Shown: positions 8,646 through 16,295 of the stretch, in pieces
Layout: every line of letters begins with the position of its first letter
How positions within the stretch are numbered: position 1 is the first letter of the stretch
DNA from: a virus
Taxonomy: Duplodnaviria > Caudoviricetes
DNA: 27,927 bases
Reading direction: 5' to 3' (one strand)
Virus record (IMG/VR): IMGVR_UViG_3300047375_000098
Coordinates: 1 to 27,927 of that record
Notes under the pieces: generated by a model
Told to the model about the DNA's origin: nothing
What the model saw: only the letters and a program-made list of their open reading frames with translations
Database searches by the model: none
Translations under genes and position numbers: made by a program

Positions 8646-10992
8646 TTACTCTTCTACTTCTGAGGTGCATATTGCCTTCCCATTCTGCCGATAAGAATTG
8701 GCAGGGTAGGTGGCTATCACTCTCTATTAATACTCGTATTCGTTCAGCTTTAGACATAACTGGAAACCTAAAGTCTCCACTATCTAATGCTGTAGAGCCA
8801 AGTAAGTTAGAACCACCACCAATAATACGACCTGTAAAGATGTATTCTTGTGCTTGTGAGTTTTGTTTTTGTATAACGCTGACCTTAAAATCACCACTAT
8901 CTTGATATCTTAGTAGCCAATGTTTGATCTGCAGTCGTCCACCAGTAATCGCAACACGTCCGCCAGATGCTGTAGGTTCTTTAAGCGTAGGCTCAGAGAA
9001 CTCATAAGTCATTGTGTAACGTTCACCTACATAAAATTCTGTTGATGTGTGATTACCTGATACAATAATTGTTGTACCTGACGCGCTCATATTAGTTAAC
9101 ACAGTACCTTGATTTGTACCTCTATTTTCTACAACTGGATTTGTTAAAGAATAGGGTGTTGTTATTGTTGTTTGATTGGTTGCACTATTGTATGCCTTAC
9201 CAACCTCTAGGTTTGAAACTCTATAATCTAGCCTAGTTACATAATCTTGAGCTGTATCACTTCGACCAGCATCAAAATGTATTTGCATTAGTAGAGTTTT
9301 ACCTGATTTATTTAAAACAACATATAATGTGCTTTCTATAAATTCAGCATTTAATACTTCACTATTATCAAATGTATATTTAGACCAAGACGATTGCATT
9401 TTCTCACGCCCAGCCCAATGATACTTATATAAGAATATTGTATCTGTAGCTAAAGAAGACATCATAATTAATGCATTTTCAGCGGTACTAGCCGCTAACT
9501 TATAAACACCGTCAGGAACATACTTAGCTACGTGAGATGTAATATCTGTTGCGTCTGATCTATCTGTATCATCAACAACATAATATTCTCTAACCGATGT
9601 GAACCCACCACGCTTGGCAGGGAAATATACAACACTACCAGCACTTACAGGGCTTGTAACTGTATTAGCTTCATACTCAGTTGTTTGACTTATAGATGTA
9701 TTCTTAGGTGTAATAAAATCACCACCCTTTAGAATGAACTGTGTCTGATCAGAGAATAGTAATAATTTACGGTCAAAAGGCACAGCGTGTTTCAATGTAG
9801 AAACTTTAACGTGACTAGCCGCTACGTCTATTGGGTCGTTATCTAAAAGACTTCTAGCAGTCGTTGCAAAGAAATCAAAGTAATCTGAAGTCCTCGACAT
9901 AATAACATTCTCACCTGCCAACACTCCAAAGCGGTTCTGAAAGAAGAATACATCTGTAATTTTCTGTCCTATGAATGATGGGTTTGCTATGGATATTTCA
10001 TCGCCTACAGCTCTATCGCCCCAATTTGCTTGTTCAAATGTGAATGTCCCATTTGCTTGTCTTATTAAAAGGTGTGGCATTGTTGCGGCGTTTAGTTCGT
10101 ATTCTATGTTAGGTTTAGCCCATTCAATCCATACACCAGAACCTATTTTATTTTGTGTTCCGTTATCACTTTCAAACTTTACATAGTAATCATCAAAGTC
10201 GTTTGTTTGATCACCTTGTACGTGTGCTATATAACCATCAGGAGCATTTGAAGGTAGGTCATCAAATCTTTGTACTGTACCTATAGTCGGACTTAAACCT
10301 GTGTCACCTAAACTATCATATGTAGCTAGGTCGAATGGTGCATTACCTGCCTTGGTTATAACAACTGTTGAACCATCAGCCTGTGCTGAAAAGTTAGAAA
10401 CACCATTAATTGCTGAAGCTAATGCCGTGGCAATTTCATCTGTCCGAGTTTCTACTTGGTCAGTCTCAGATGTTACGTGGTTAGCGGCAATACTACCATC
10501 AAGATATACTGTAAATCTTTGGTTATAATCACCCTGTTTAACAGCTATTAATCCTGTAAATGGATATGTAGGGGTTAGCTGTGTACTCATTGCTGTTGTC
10601 TGTTTTGAGTTAACAATGAATGTATAATCAGCAACTGTAACAGCTCTAAAATCAGTAGCTGGTGTTGTACTGTTTAGGTAAGCAGTACCATTAGGGTAAG
10701 TAACGGTTTTCTGATTACCAGCTAGGTCATAGATAGATATCTGATTACTAGCATTAATAAACATAAAATAACGTTCTGTTGTATCTCTGTTTATTAAATG
10801 TGTGAATGACCCCGTTGTTGCGGAGTTACTCATTGTAGCCACGTATTCTAGCGGTGGTCGCTTTTGTAGACCCTCAACAAGAGAAGGGAACGCATTAACC
10901 TGTTGTTCAGCTTGAGATGATAATCTTAGAGCTGGAGACTGTTGCGATACACCTTGTATCAAGTTGGGGATAGCAGAACTTATCATACCCAT
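8638..10992 (-). CDS. gp12: Tail tubular protein B (nozzle), T7 gp12-like, 784 aa
   Basis: ISSAIPNLIQGVSQQ...GLQKRPP N-terminus; PSFIGQKITDVFFFQNRFG; DPID; C-terminal SAEWEG. Confidence 0.93.
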   Translation of the reverse strand: MGMISSAIPNLIQGVSQQSPALRLSSQAEQQVNAFPSLVEGLQKRPPLEYVATMSNSATTGSFTHLINRDTTERYFMFINASNQISIYDLAGNQKTVTYPNGTAYLNSTTPATDFRAVTVADYTFIVNSKQTTAMSTQLTPTYPFTGLIAVKQGDYNQRFTVYLDGSIAANHVTSETDQVETRTDEIATALASAINGVSNFSAQADGSTVVITKAGNAPFDLATYDSLGDTGLSPTIGTVQRFDDLPSNAPDGYIAHVQGDQTNDFDDYYVKFESDNGTQNKIGSGVWIEWAKPNIEYELNAATMPHLLIRQANGTFTFEQANWGDRAVGDEISIANPSFIGQKITDVFFFQNRFGVLAGENVIMSRTSDYFDFFATTARSLLDNDPIDVAASHVKVSTLKHAVPFDRKLLLFSDQTQFILKGGDFITPKNTSISQTTEYEANTVTSPVSAGSVVYFPAKRGGFTSVREYYVVDDTDRSDATDITSHVAKYVPDGVYKLAASTAENALIMMSSLATDTIFLYKYHWAGREKMQSSWSKYTFDNSEVLNAEFIESTLYVVLNKSGKTLLMQIHFDAGRSDTAQDYVTRLDYRVSNLEVGKAYNSATNQTTITTPYSLTNPVVENRGTNQGTVLTNMSASGTTIIVSGNHTSTEFYVGERYTMTYEFSEPTLKEPTASGGRVAITGGRLQIKHWLLRYQDSGDFKVSVIQKQNSQAQEYIFTGRIIGGGSNLLGSTALDSGDFRFPVMSKAERIRVLIESDSHLPCQFLSAEWEGNMHLRSRRVNG

Positions 10993-11579
10993 TAGATCAT
11001 CCTACGATTATTTCCGCGATTCATTACACGGGATACTGAATAGCTATCCATCATGTTATAATCCGCTGTGTCTCCTTCAAAATCTTTTAGATCAATCAGG
11101 GCTTTTTGTTCATCTCTTGATACCATCTTACTAATGGTTTCTGAGTTAAGCATACGGTCTGAAAATATACGTGCGGCTCTTGTAGTGATGTACCGTTTAG
11201 CTACATCAGGCAGAGTTAAGAAGTCTCTATAGTATACGATTGTGGCTTCAACACTTGCTTGAAATTCTAAAGACCTAGCTGTTAAATCAAATAGCTTTCC
11301 ATCTCTCTCAACTGTATTGAAGTCTGGTGTGTCTATACGTGCAACATCTGCAGGTATAACAATTTGTTTAAATTCGTTACGACTAAGCACAACTTTATCT
11401 TCAGTATTAAAGTGCCAGCCTTGAGCTTGAACCTCACGGCTTACCTCAGTCAGCACTTGGTTAGCGATTGTCACATCTGTAACCTGATTGCCTGTAAGTG
11501 TGTTAACAGGAGCTTCGCCGATTGTTGTCAGCAAAACGTTGACCGCTTCTAGTTCGGTCATAGACGTTGGTTTTGTCAT
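10992..11579 (-). CDS. gp11: Tail tubular protein A (gatekeeper), T7 gp11-like, ~195 aa
   Basis: TELEAVNVLLTTIGEAPV and QAQGWHFNTE motifs. Start moved from 11627 to the ATG at 11579 because GAGG RBS lies at 11585-11588 and the extension overlaps the terminator. Confidence 0.92.
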   Translation of the reverse strand: MTKPTSMTELEAVNVLLTTIGEAPVNTLTGNQVTDVTIANQVLTEVSREVQAQGWHFNTEDKVVLSRNEFKQIVIPADVARIDTPDFNTVERDGKLFDLTARSLEFQASVEATIVYYRDFLTLPDVAKRYITTRAARIFSDRMLNSETISKMVSRDEQKALIDLKDFEGDTADYNMMDSYSVSRVMNRGNNRRMI

Positions 11580-11591
11580 GATGTCCTCATT

Positions 11592-11625
11592 AAAAAAAAG
11601 GGTTGACCCGATTAAAGGCCAACCC
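11592..11625 (-). terminator. T-phi-like intrinsic terminator after the major capsid gene
   Basis: GGGTTGGCCT-TTAATC-GGGTCAACCC followed by T8; same position as T7 T-phi. Confidence 0.9.
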
Positions 11626-11635
11626 AAAAATTAGA

Positions 11636-12595
11636 TTAAGCAGATTTGATTTCTACAGAACACTCTGGGCGCAAGATGCCATGCCCCATTGCGTACTTCG
11701 CCGCCATTAATGTACCTTGATACATAACTTCGAAGTCACCTGATGTTCTTTCAACTGCTAAGTCCATTAACTTAACAGTACCCAAAGCTTGCTTCTGCAT
11801 TACTACAGCTACAGTGTTTTGGAAGTCACCGTGGTATGTGTTGTTCTCACCAGCTACTGCTGATACGTTTGTTGTTGGTACGTTGTTAGATTTAACAATA
11901 TCAATACCAGCAACTTTAAGAACTGTACCGTCTGCATAAACACCAGCACCACCGAAGTCACGGTTGATTACGTCTGTTGTTTGTACAAGGTTGTAGTATT
12001 GTGAAGGTTTCACGATAGCTACACGCTCATTCTCAGGAACGTCTTTCTCGTCCATGATTTTAGCCGCTTCAAAGATTGATGCCGCTAATGATGCGCCGTT
12101 AGTTGCCGCGTCTGCGTCTGTGATAGCTGAACCGCCGTTACCACCTGTTACAGTAGCACCAGAACGAGCCGCTAATACAGCTAATTGTAAACAGCGAACA
12201 TCGAATTGTTTAGCTAGAGCCATACCTAATAGACGTGAGTATTCTGCACGTACATCATAGTGGTTCTTAGCTTCATCGATATTTGCGATAAATGTGTCAG
12301 CAATTAATACGTCATCGATGTTGATAACGATTTCATTGTGAGCGATTTGTTGTGTACCCAATAGTGGTGTACCTACAGTGTGGTATGCGGCATTCGCTTT
12401 ACCTGTCACTGGGAATGATGCTGATTTACCAGACGCGATTGTACGCGATACGTGTAAATCTTTCATTACGTTTGTTTCGTCAAAAGCAGTTAAAACTTCA
12501 CCAGCAAATACTTTAAGAAATAAAGCATTCGACTGCGTTGCATTAGCCGCCGCTAGGTTTGCCGCGCCGAGGCGTGACGGAGTTACGTTTGTCAT
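11636..12595 (-). CDS. gp10: Major capsid protein, T7 gp10-like, 319 aa
   Basis: ALFLKVFAGEVLTAF, RTIASGKSASFPVTG, HYDVRAEYSRLLGMALA, KYAMGHGILRPE motifs. Confidence 0.97.
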   Translation of the reverse strand: MTNVTPSRLGAANLAAANATQSNALFLKVFAGEVLTAFDETNVMKDLHVSRTIASGKSASFPVTGKANAAYHTVGTPLLGTQQIAHNEIVINIDDVLIADTFIANIDEAKNHYDVRAEYSRLLGMALAKQFDVRCLQLAVLAARSGATVTGGNGGSAITDADAATNGASLAASIFEAAKIMDEKDVPENERVAIVKPSQYYNLVQTTDVINRDFGGAGVYADGTVLKVAGIDIVKSNNVPTTNVSAVAGENNTYHGDFQNTVAVVMQKQALGTVKLMDLAVERTSGDFEVMYQGTLMAAKYAMGHGILRPECSVEIKSA

Positions 12596-12727
12596 TGTCT
12601 TTTCCTATTGAAAATAATTTATAGATTTAAGAATGACTTTCGGTCTCTTACTAGGCAGGGTTGTCATACGCATATGGCCTTGTCGTTCATTGTCGATAGT
12701 CTCAACCACCCAAATTAGGTGTGTTAG

Positions 12728-12769
12728 TTATTTCTTAGTACCTTTTCCGTAAGGTTTTTTCTTAGACAT
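12728..12769 (-). CDS. Putative 13-aa Lys-rich micro-ORF MSKKKPYGKGTKK
   Basis: AGGAG Shine-Dalgarno followed by taact then ATG; TAA at 12728-12730; lies in the scaffold-capsid gap. Confidence 0.5.
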   Translation of the reverse strand: MSKKKPYGKGTKK

Positions 12770-12790
12770 AGTTACTCCTATAATAGTATT

Positions 12791-12810
12791 GATGGGGATT
12801 TCTCCCCACC
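12791..12810 (-). other. GNRA-tetraloop hairpin just after the scaffold stop
   Basis: GGTGGGGA-GAAA-TCCCCATC, 8-bp stem, no U-tract. Confidence 0.55.
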
Positions 12811-12819
12811 ATAATAGTT

Positions 12820-13512
12820 TTAAAATACTGAAGACCGTCCTAGTTTTTCTTCAACGTCTTTAGTGTACGCTGAGTCTTTACCGTATCGAGGGTCTTTCAT
12901 AGCCGCTACAACTTGTGCTGTGCTACGGAATTCATCTTTAGATGCCGCTGATGCTCTACCTTGTAGTAAGCTAGGCTCAGAACCTTCTGCCGCTTCACGT
13001 TTAGATGCAAGCCATTCGACTGCCATCTTTGCATTCTCAGTCCCACCATCGACCATGTTGTTATACAACTCTAGTTCTTTAGTATCGAGAGATTGCTTTG
13101 CCCAATCAGTTAATTCTGCGTAACCTTCTTCACCACCAGCTACATCCATAACTGCGGCAACATCGGCTGTTGCTCCTGATTGCATACCTTTAATGTATGT
13201 CTCCACCATTTCCCGTGGATATCCCATACCTTCAAGTTCTGTGAAGCTATCATTAGATAACTCACCACCAGCGGCGTATTCATCTGCAAACTTTGTAAAG
13301 CTGACAGGTTCACCTTTAGGTGTCTCAATGTCTGCTTCTGGAGTATCATTTGGTGATGACATCTTCTTCTCAAGTTCGCCGTATGATTTAGCCATATCTT
13401 CTGGTGAGCTAAACTTTTCGGGCAACCACTCAGGTCGTTCAGAAAGATTATCTTCTGCAACTGGTGCTTCAGAACCTGTCTCTTCTTCTGTTATTGTGAT
13501 GCTTTCTGCCAT
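12820..13512 (-). CDS. gp9: Capsid scaffolding protein, T7 gp9-like, 230 aa
   Basis: Acidic; RPEWLPEKF...LEKK; AGGEEGYAELTDWA; C-terminal AMKDPRYGKDSAY...VEEKL. Confidence 0.93.
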   Translation of the reverse strand: MAESITITEEETGSEAPVAEDNLSERPEWLPEKFSSPEDMAKSYGELEKKMSSPNDTPEADIETPKGEPVSFTKFADEYAAGGELSNDSFTELEGMGYPREMVETYIKGMQSGATADVAAVMDVAGGEEGYAELTDWAKQSLDTKELELYNNMVDGGTENAKMAVEWLASKREAAEGSEPSLLQGRASAASKDEFRSTAQVVAAMKDPRYGKDSAYTKDVEEKLGRSSVF

Positions 13513-13514
13513 TC

Positions 13515-13643
13515 TTAGAAGTCTTCCCTTTTAATTGGGTGTGGATTTCCTTTGATAATGGAAGGTGTTGCCAGTGGTTTCTTTACAGGCTCTTCTGAAG
13601 GTTTCTTATCCTTCGCCGCCTTGCTGTCTTTGGCTTTCAACAT
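13515..13643 (-). CDS. Small hypothetical protein, 42 aa (MLKAKDSKAAKDKKPSEEPVKKPLATPSIIKGNPHPIKREDF)
   Basis: Manual translation; AGGA upstream; overlaps the portal 3' end and stops 2 nt before the scaffold ATG, filling the gap. Confidence 0.65.
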   Translation of the reverse strand: MLKAKDSKAAKDKKPSEEPVKKPLATPSIIKGNPHPIKREDF

Positions 13644-15156
13644 ATGAATTTCCTAATGCTTTAACTCCCTCTTGAATTGCGTTTGGCGAAGCTTGCATTG
13701 CCATTTGTTGCATCTGCGCTTGCTGTTGCTCTTGGGAGATTTGTTCTTGTGTTTTAATAAGACCGTCTGTCTCGATGCCTAATGCTGTTGCACGGCGTTT
13801 GATATAGTCCTGTAAGTTTACATATTGCTGTAATACTTCAGACCCTAATGCTTGAGACATTCCTTGTATAAACAAATCTAATTTGCGTAGGTCATGCCCA
13901 CGTCCTAGTGCTTCCATACCAGTTACGATTGAAGGTTTTACAACCTCTTCTGGTAACTTAGGTAGCTTCTTAGATTTAGTTAGTACGTCGATCTTACGGT
14001 TAATGTAAGGTAACTGAAATTCTTGAGATAAGATTGAGTAAATACCTGATAGGGTATCTTCTAGTTCACCTGCAAGATATCGTATTTCTTCCGCTGTTAC
14101 ACGTTCAGCGTTTCGAGATACAGATGATTGTAACATGAACTGTTGTGATAGGCGTTCTTCAATACCCTGCATAGCTTGGTAAGCCACGCGGAAGTCGTTG
14201 AACTTATCCATCTGTAAAACAGACACATCGTTCTTATTACCTTCAATGATTGCTGTATTCTCTGCTTGAGCTATTGTTCTCATTCTGGTTGTACCGTTAG
14301 GATTAACCATGAATAATACTTTAGCCGCCGCCGCCGCGCCCTCAACGATTGCTTGTGATAAAGCTTCAAGAGACCGTAAGTCACCTAGAAGTTCTTCAAC
14401 AAACCCTCGACCATAATCCTCACCGTCAATACGGGAGAACCTTAATGGTAGGAATGGTACGCTATCTTTCTTATATTTACCTTTAGAGCCAGTAACTAAT
14501 GTACCCTTGCACTCTTGGTAAACAGTATAGAAATCATTCTTACGCTCTATATGAGTGTAGATTTCTACAGTCTTTTCGTCACCTTCAAGTTTTCCTGTTA
14601 TGTTAGCCGCTGTCGCTTTGTCCAGAGCGTTAGGTGAAACGTGTTCAACCGTTACTATCTCTAACACTTCGCCGTTAGGGGCGCGTGATACAACATAACT
14701 ATCTAAATGGATTACTCTTGTTTTATTTTGACCGACTTGTAACAAAACGTTACCGCCGACAATTAAGTGTTTTAACGCTTCATGTACCGCTACTCGATCA
14801 CCAGACGTTTCAATCTCAGACATTACTGCCCGTTCATACTCACCTAATTGTTGTTCCATTGCAGTTCTAGCCGCATCGTCTTGAGCCATATCTTTTAAAG
14901 TATACGGTTCAACCATGAGGCGAAAGAATGGTGAGTTAGGTGGCATTAGGGCTAGTGAAAGTTTAGAAGCTAAATTATTAACACCTCTCGCACCGATGCC
15001 TTGAAACGGTGTGTATAAATCACTTGTCTCGTTATGGCTATCTTGTGGTATTAAAGATGGAATAGTTAGTTCTGAACAATCTCTAGCTCTATCTAAATAC
15101 GATTGTCGTCCTTGTTCGAGCTGACGATACCGCGCTTCTGCAGTACCTTGACTCAT
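13606..15156 (-). CDS. gp8: Portal (head-tail connector), T7 gp8-like, 516 aa
   Basis: GARGVNNLASKL..PPNSPFFRL; GEDYGRG; AERVTAEEIR; TGMEALGRGHD. Confidence 0.97.
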   Translation of the reverse strand: MSQGTAEARYRQLEQGRQSYLDRARDCSELTIPSLIPQDSHNETSDLYTPFQGIGARGVNNLASKLSLALMPPNSPFFRLMVEPYTLKDMAQDDAARTAMEQQLGEYERAVMSEIETSGDRVAVHEALKHLIVGGNVLLQVGQNKTRVIHLDSYVVSRAPNGEVLEIVTVEHVSPNALDKATAANITGKLEGDEKTVEIYTHIERKNDFYTVYQECKGTLVTGSKGKYKKDSVPFLPLRFSRIDGEDYGRGFVEELLGDLRSLEALSQAIVEGAAAAAKVLFMVNPNGTTRMRTIAQAENTAIIEGNKNDVSVLQMDKFNDFRVAYQAMQGIEERLSQQFMLQSSVSRNAERVTAEEIRYLAGELEDTLSGIYSILSQEFQLPYINRKIDVLTKSKKLPKLPEEVVKPSIVTGMEALGRGHDLRKLDLFIQGMSQALGSEVLQQYVNLQDYIKRRATALGIETDGLIKTQEQISQEQQQAQMQQMAMQASPNAIQEGVKALGNSYVESQRQQGGEG

Positions 15157-15167
15157 AATTTACGTTC

Positions 15168-15395
15168 TCACTTTGTTATTTGTAGTCCAGTATTTTTACC
15201 CATGTTTGTAACAGTTGGGTCTAGGTCTACACGTAACTGAGATGTTCCAGCGGCCTTATCAGCTACTGCACCTTTCTCTTGAGTGTTACCACTCTCAGGT
15301 GTAGATGGGTCGTACATATTAGTTTGTACAGGGTTAACCGCTGGTGGCGCGGCTGGTGGGGGTGTAGGTTCGGCTTTACTGCCTCCAAAGCACAT
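15168..15395 (-). CDS. Small virion protein preceding portal, T7 gp7.3/6.7-like, 75 aa
   Basis: MCFGG N-terminus, Pro-rich linker, GTSQLRVDL...GLQI C-terminus; AGGAG RBS; synteny. Confidence 0.7.
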   Translation of the reverse strand: MCFGGSKAEPTPPPAAPPAVNPVQTNMYDPSTPESGNTQEKGAVADKAAGTSQLRVDLDPTVTNMGKNTGLQITK

Positions 15396-15398
15396 AGT

Positions 15399-15575
15399 CT
15401 ATTCTCCTAAATTTGAAGCTAATTGTTCTTCATGAATTGTTGTTAAAAAGTCTACGACTGAACGCTGTCCACCACGCCATTTTAATTCATCCAATGTCTC
15501 ACCAGCTTTGGGAGATACATTAGGAAAACGTGTGTTAAGTTCTGCTAGTAGTTCTTTAGAAATATAAGGAAACAT
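15399..15575 (-). CDS. Hypothetical protein, 58 aa (MFPYISKELLAELNTRFPNVSP...WRGGQRSVVDFL...)
   Basis: Missed by the 60-aa track; GAGG RBS directly behind the phage promoter; fills the gap between phoH and the gp7.3-like gene; resembles small conserved proteins found at this position in T7-like phages. Confidence 0.8.
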   Translation of the reverse strand: MFPYISKELLAELNTRFPNVSPKAGETLDELKWRGGQRSVVDFLTTIHEEQLASNLGE

Positions 15576-15590
15576 TGTTTGTTTAATCCT

Positions 15591-15608
15591 CTAAAGTGCA
15601 ACCTAATT
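15591..15608 (-). promoter_or_regulatory. Phage RNA polymerase promoter (late/structural module)
   Basis: AATTAGGTTGCACTTTAG, near-identical to copies at 24830 and 26468; overlaps the phoH stop; predicted +1 G at 15591. Confidence 0.8.
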
Positions 15609-16286
15609 AAAGGCGCGTGTCCATGCGGCACATATACCTGACCTCACAACATCGTCGTGAGTGAAGTTACAATGGGCGGCTGGAATGTTATGTTTATGCA
15701 ATAAATCTATAGCAATCTTTAGACCTGAGTTACCACTAAGGTCATGCTGAGATATATCACCGTTAATTATTACCTTGGTGTTTTCTCCTATTCTGGTGAG
15801 AAACATCTTCATTTCGTGAGGTGTAAGGTTCTGTCCTTCATCTAATATTACAAACGCATCATTAAATGAACGGCCTCTCATAACCTCGAAAGGAACTATT
15901 TCGATATCATTACGCTTACGAGCTATCTCATATTTACCTTTACCTAGTCTTTCAGTTAGAACTTCAGTAATCGGATAGACCCAAGGTGCAATCTTCTCTT
16001 CAATAGTACCTGCAAAGAAACCTAAAGATTTACCTGCAGGGATGTTAGGGCGAGTTAATATAATCTTTTTAACTCTATGTTTATTATACATATCAGCGGC
16101 AATAGCCGCCGCTATATAAGTCTTACCAGTACCTGCAACACCAGTAACAAATACCTGAGAGTATCGGTGGATACACTCCATATAGTTCTCTTGTGCAGGG
16201 TTCTTTGGGAGTAGAGGTTGGACGCGAGGATTAACCACGCGCCCTTGCTCTTCTACCTTACGTTTGTAGGCAGATTTTTTAGCCAT
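15603..16286 (-). CDS. phoH: PhoH-like ATPase
   Basis: Walker A GVAGTGKT; LGFFAG; MRGRSF; ILDEGQN; GDISQHD; DVVRS. Confidence 0.95.
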   Translation of the reverse strand: MAKKSAYKRKVEEQGRVVNPRVQPLLPKNPAQENYMECIHRYSQVFVTGVAGTGKTYIAAAIAADMYNKHRVKKIILTRPNIPAGKSLGFFAGTIEEKIAPWVYPITEVLTERLGKGKYEIARKRNDIEIVPFEVMRGRSFNDAFVILDEGQNLTPHEMKMFLTRIGENTKVIINGDISQHDLSGNSGLKIAIDLLHKHNIPAAHCNFTHDDVVRSGICAAWTRAFN

Positions 16287-16295
16287 ATTTATTCC

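Noticed and set aside
11580-11627. N-terminal extension of tail tube A given by the ORF track
   Set aside because: Starts at a non-ATG codon inside the terminator hairpin; the RBS supports ATG 11579
11626-11680. T7 10A/10B-type frameshift extension of the capsid protein
   Set aside because: No clear slippery site, and the terminator begins 10 nt after the stop, leaving no room for an extension domain
12630-12660. Hammerhead ribozyme suggested by CGAAA in the capsid leader
   Set aside because: No CUGANGA core in the required position
12693-12710. Possible phi10-like promoter GGGTGGTTGAGACTATCG upstream of capsid
   Set aside because: Only about half the positions match the consensus; lacks the AT-rich upstream part and the TATAG start
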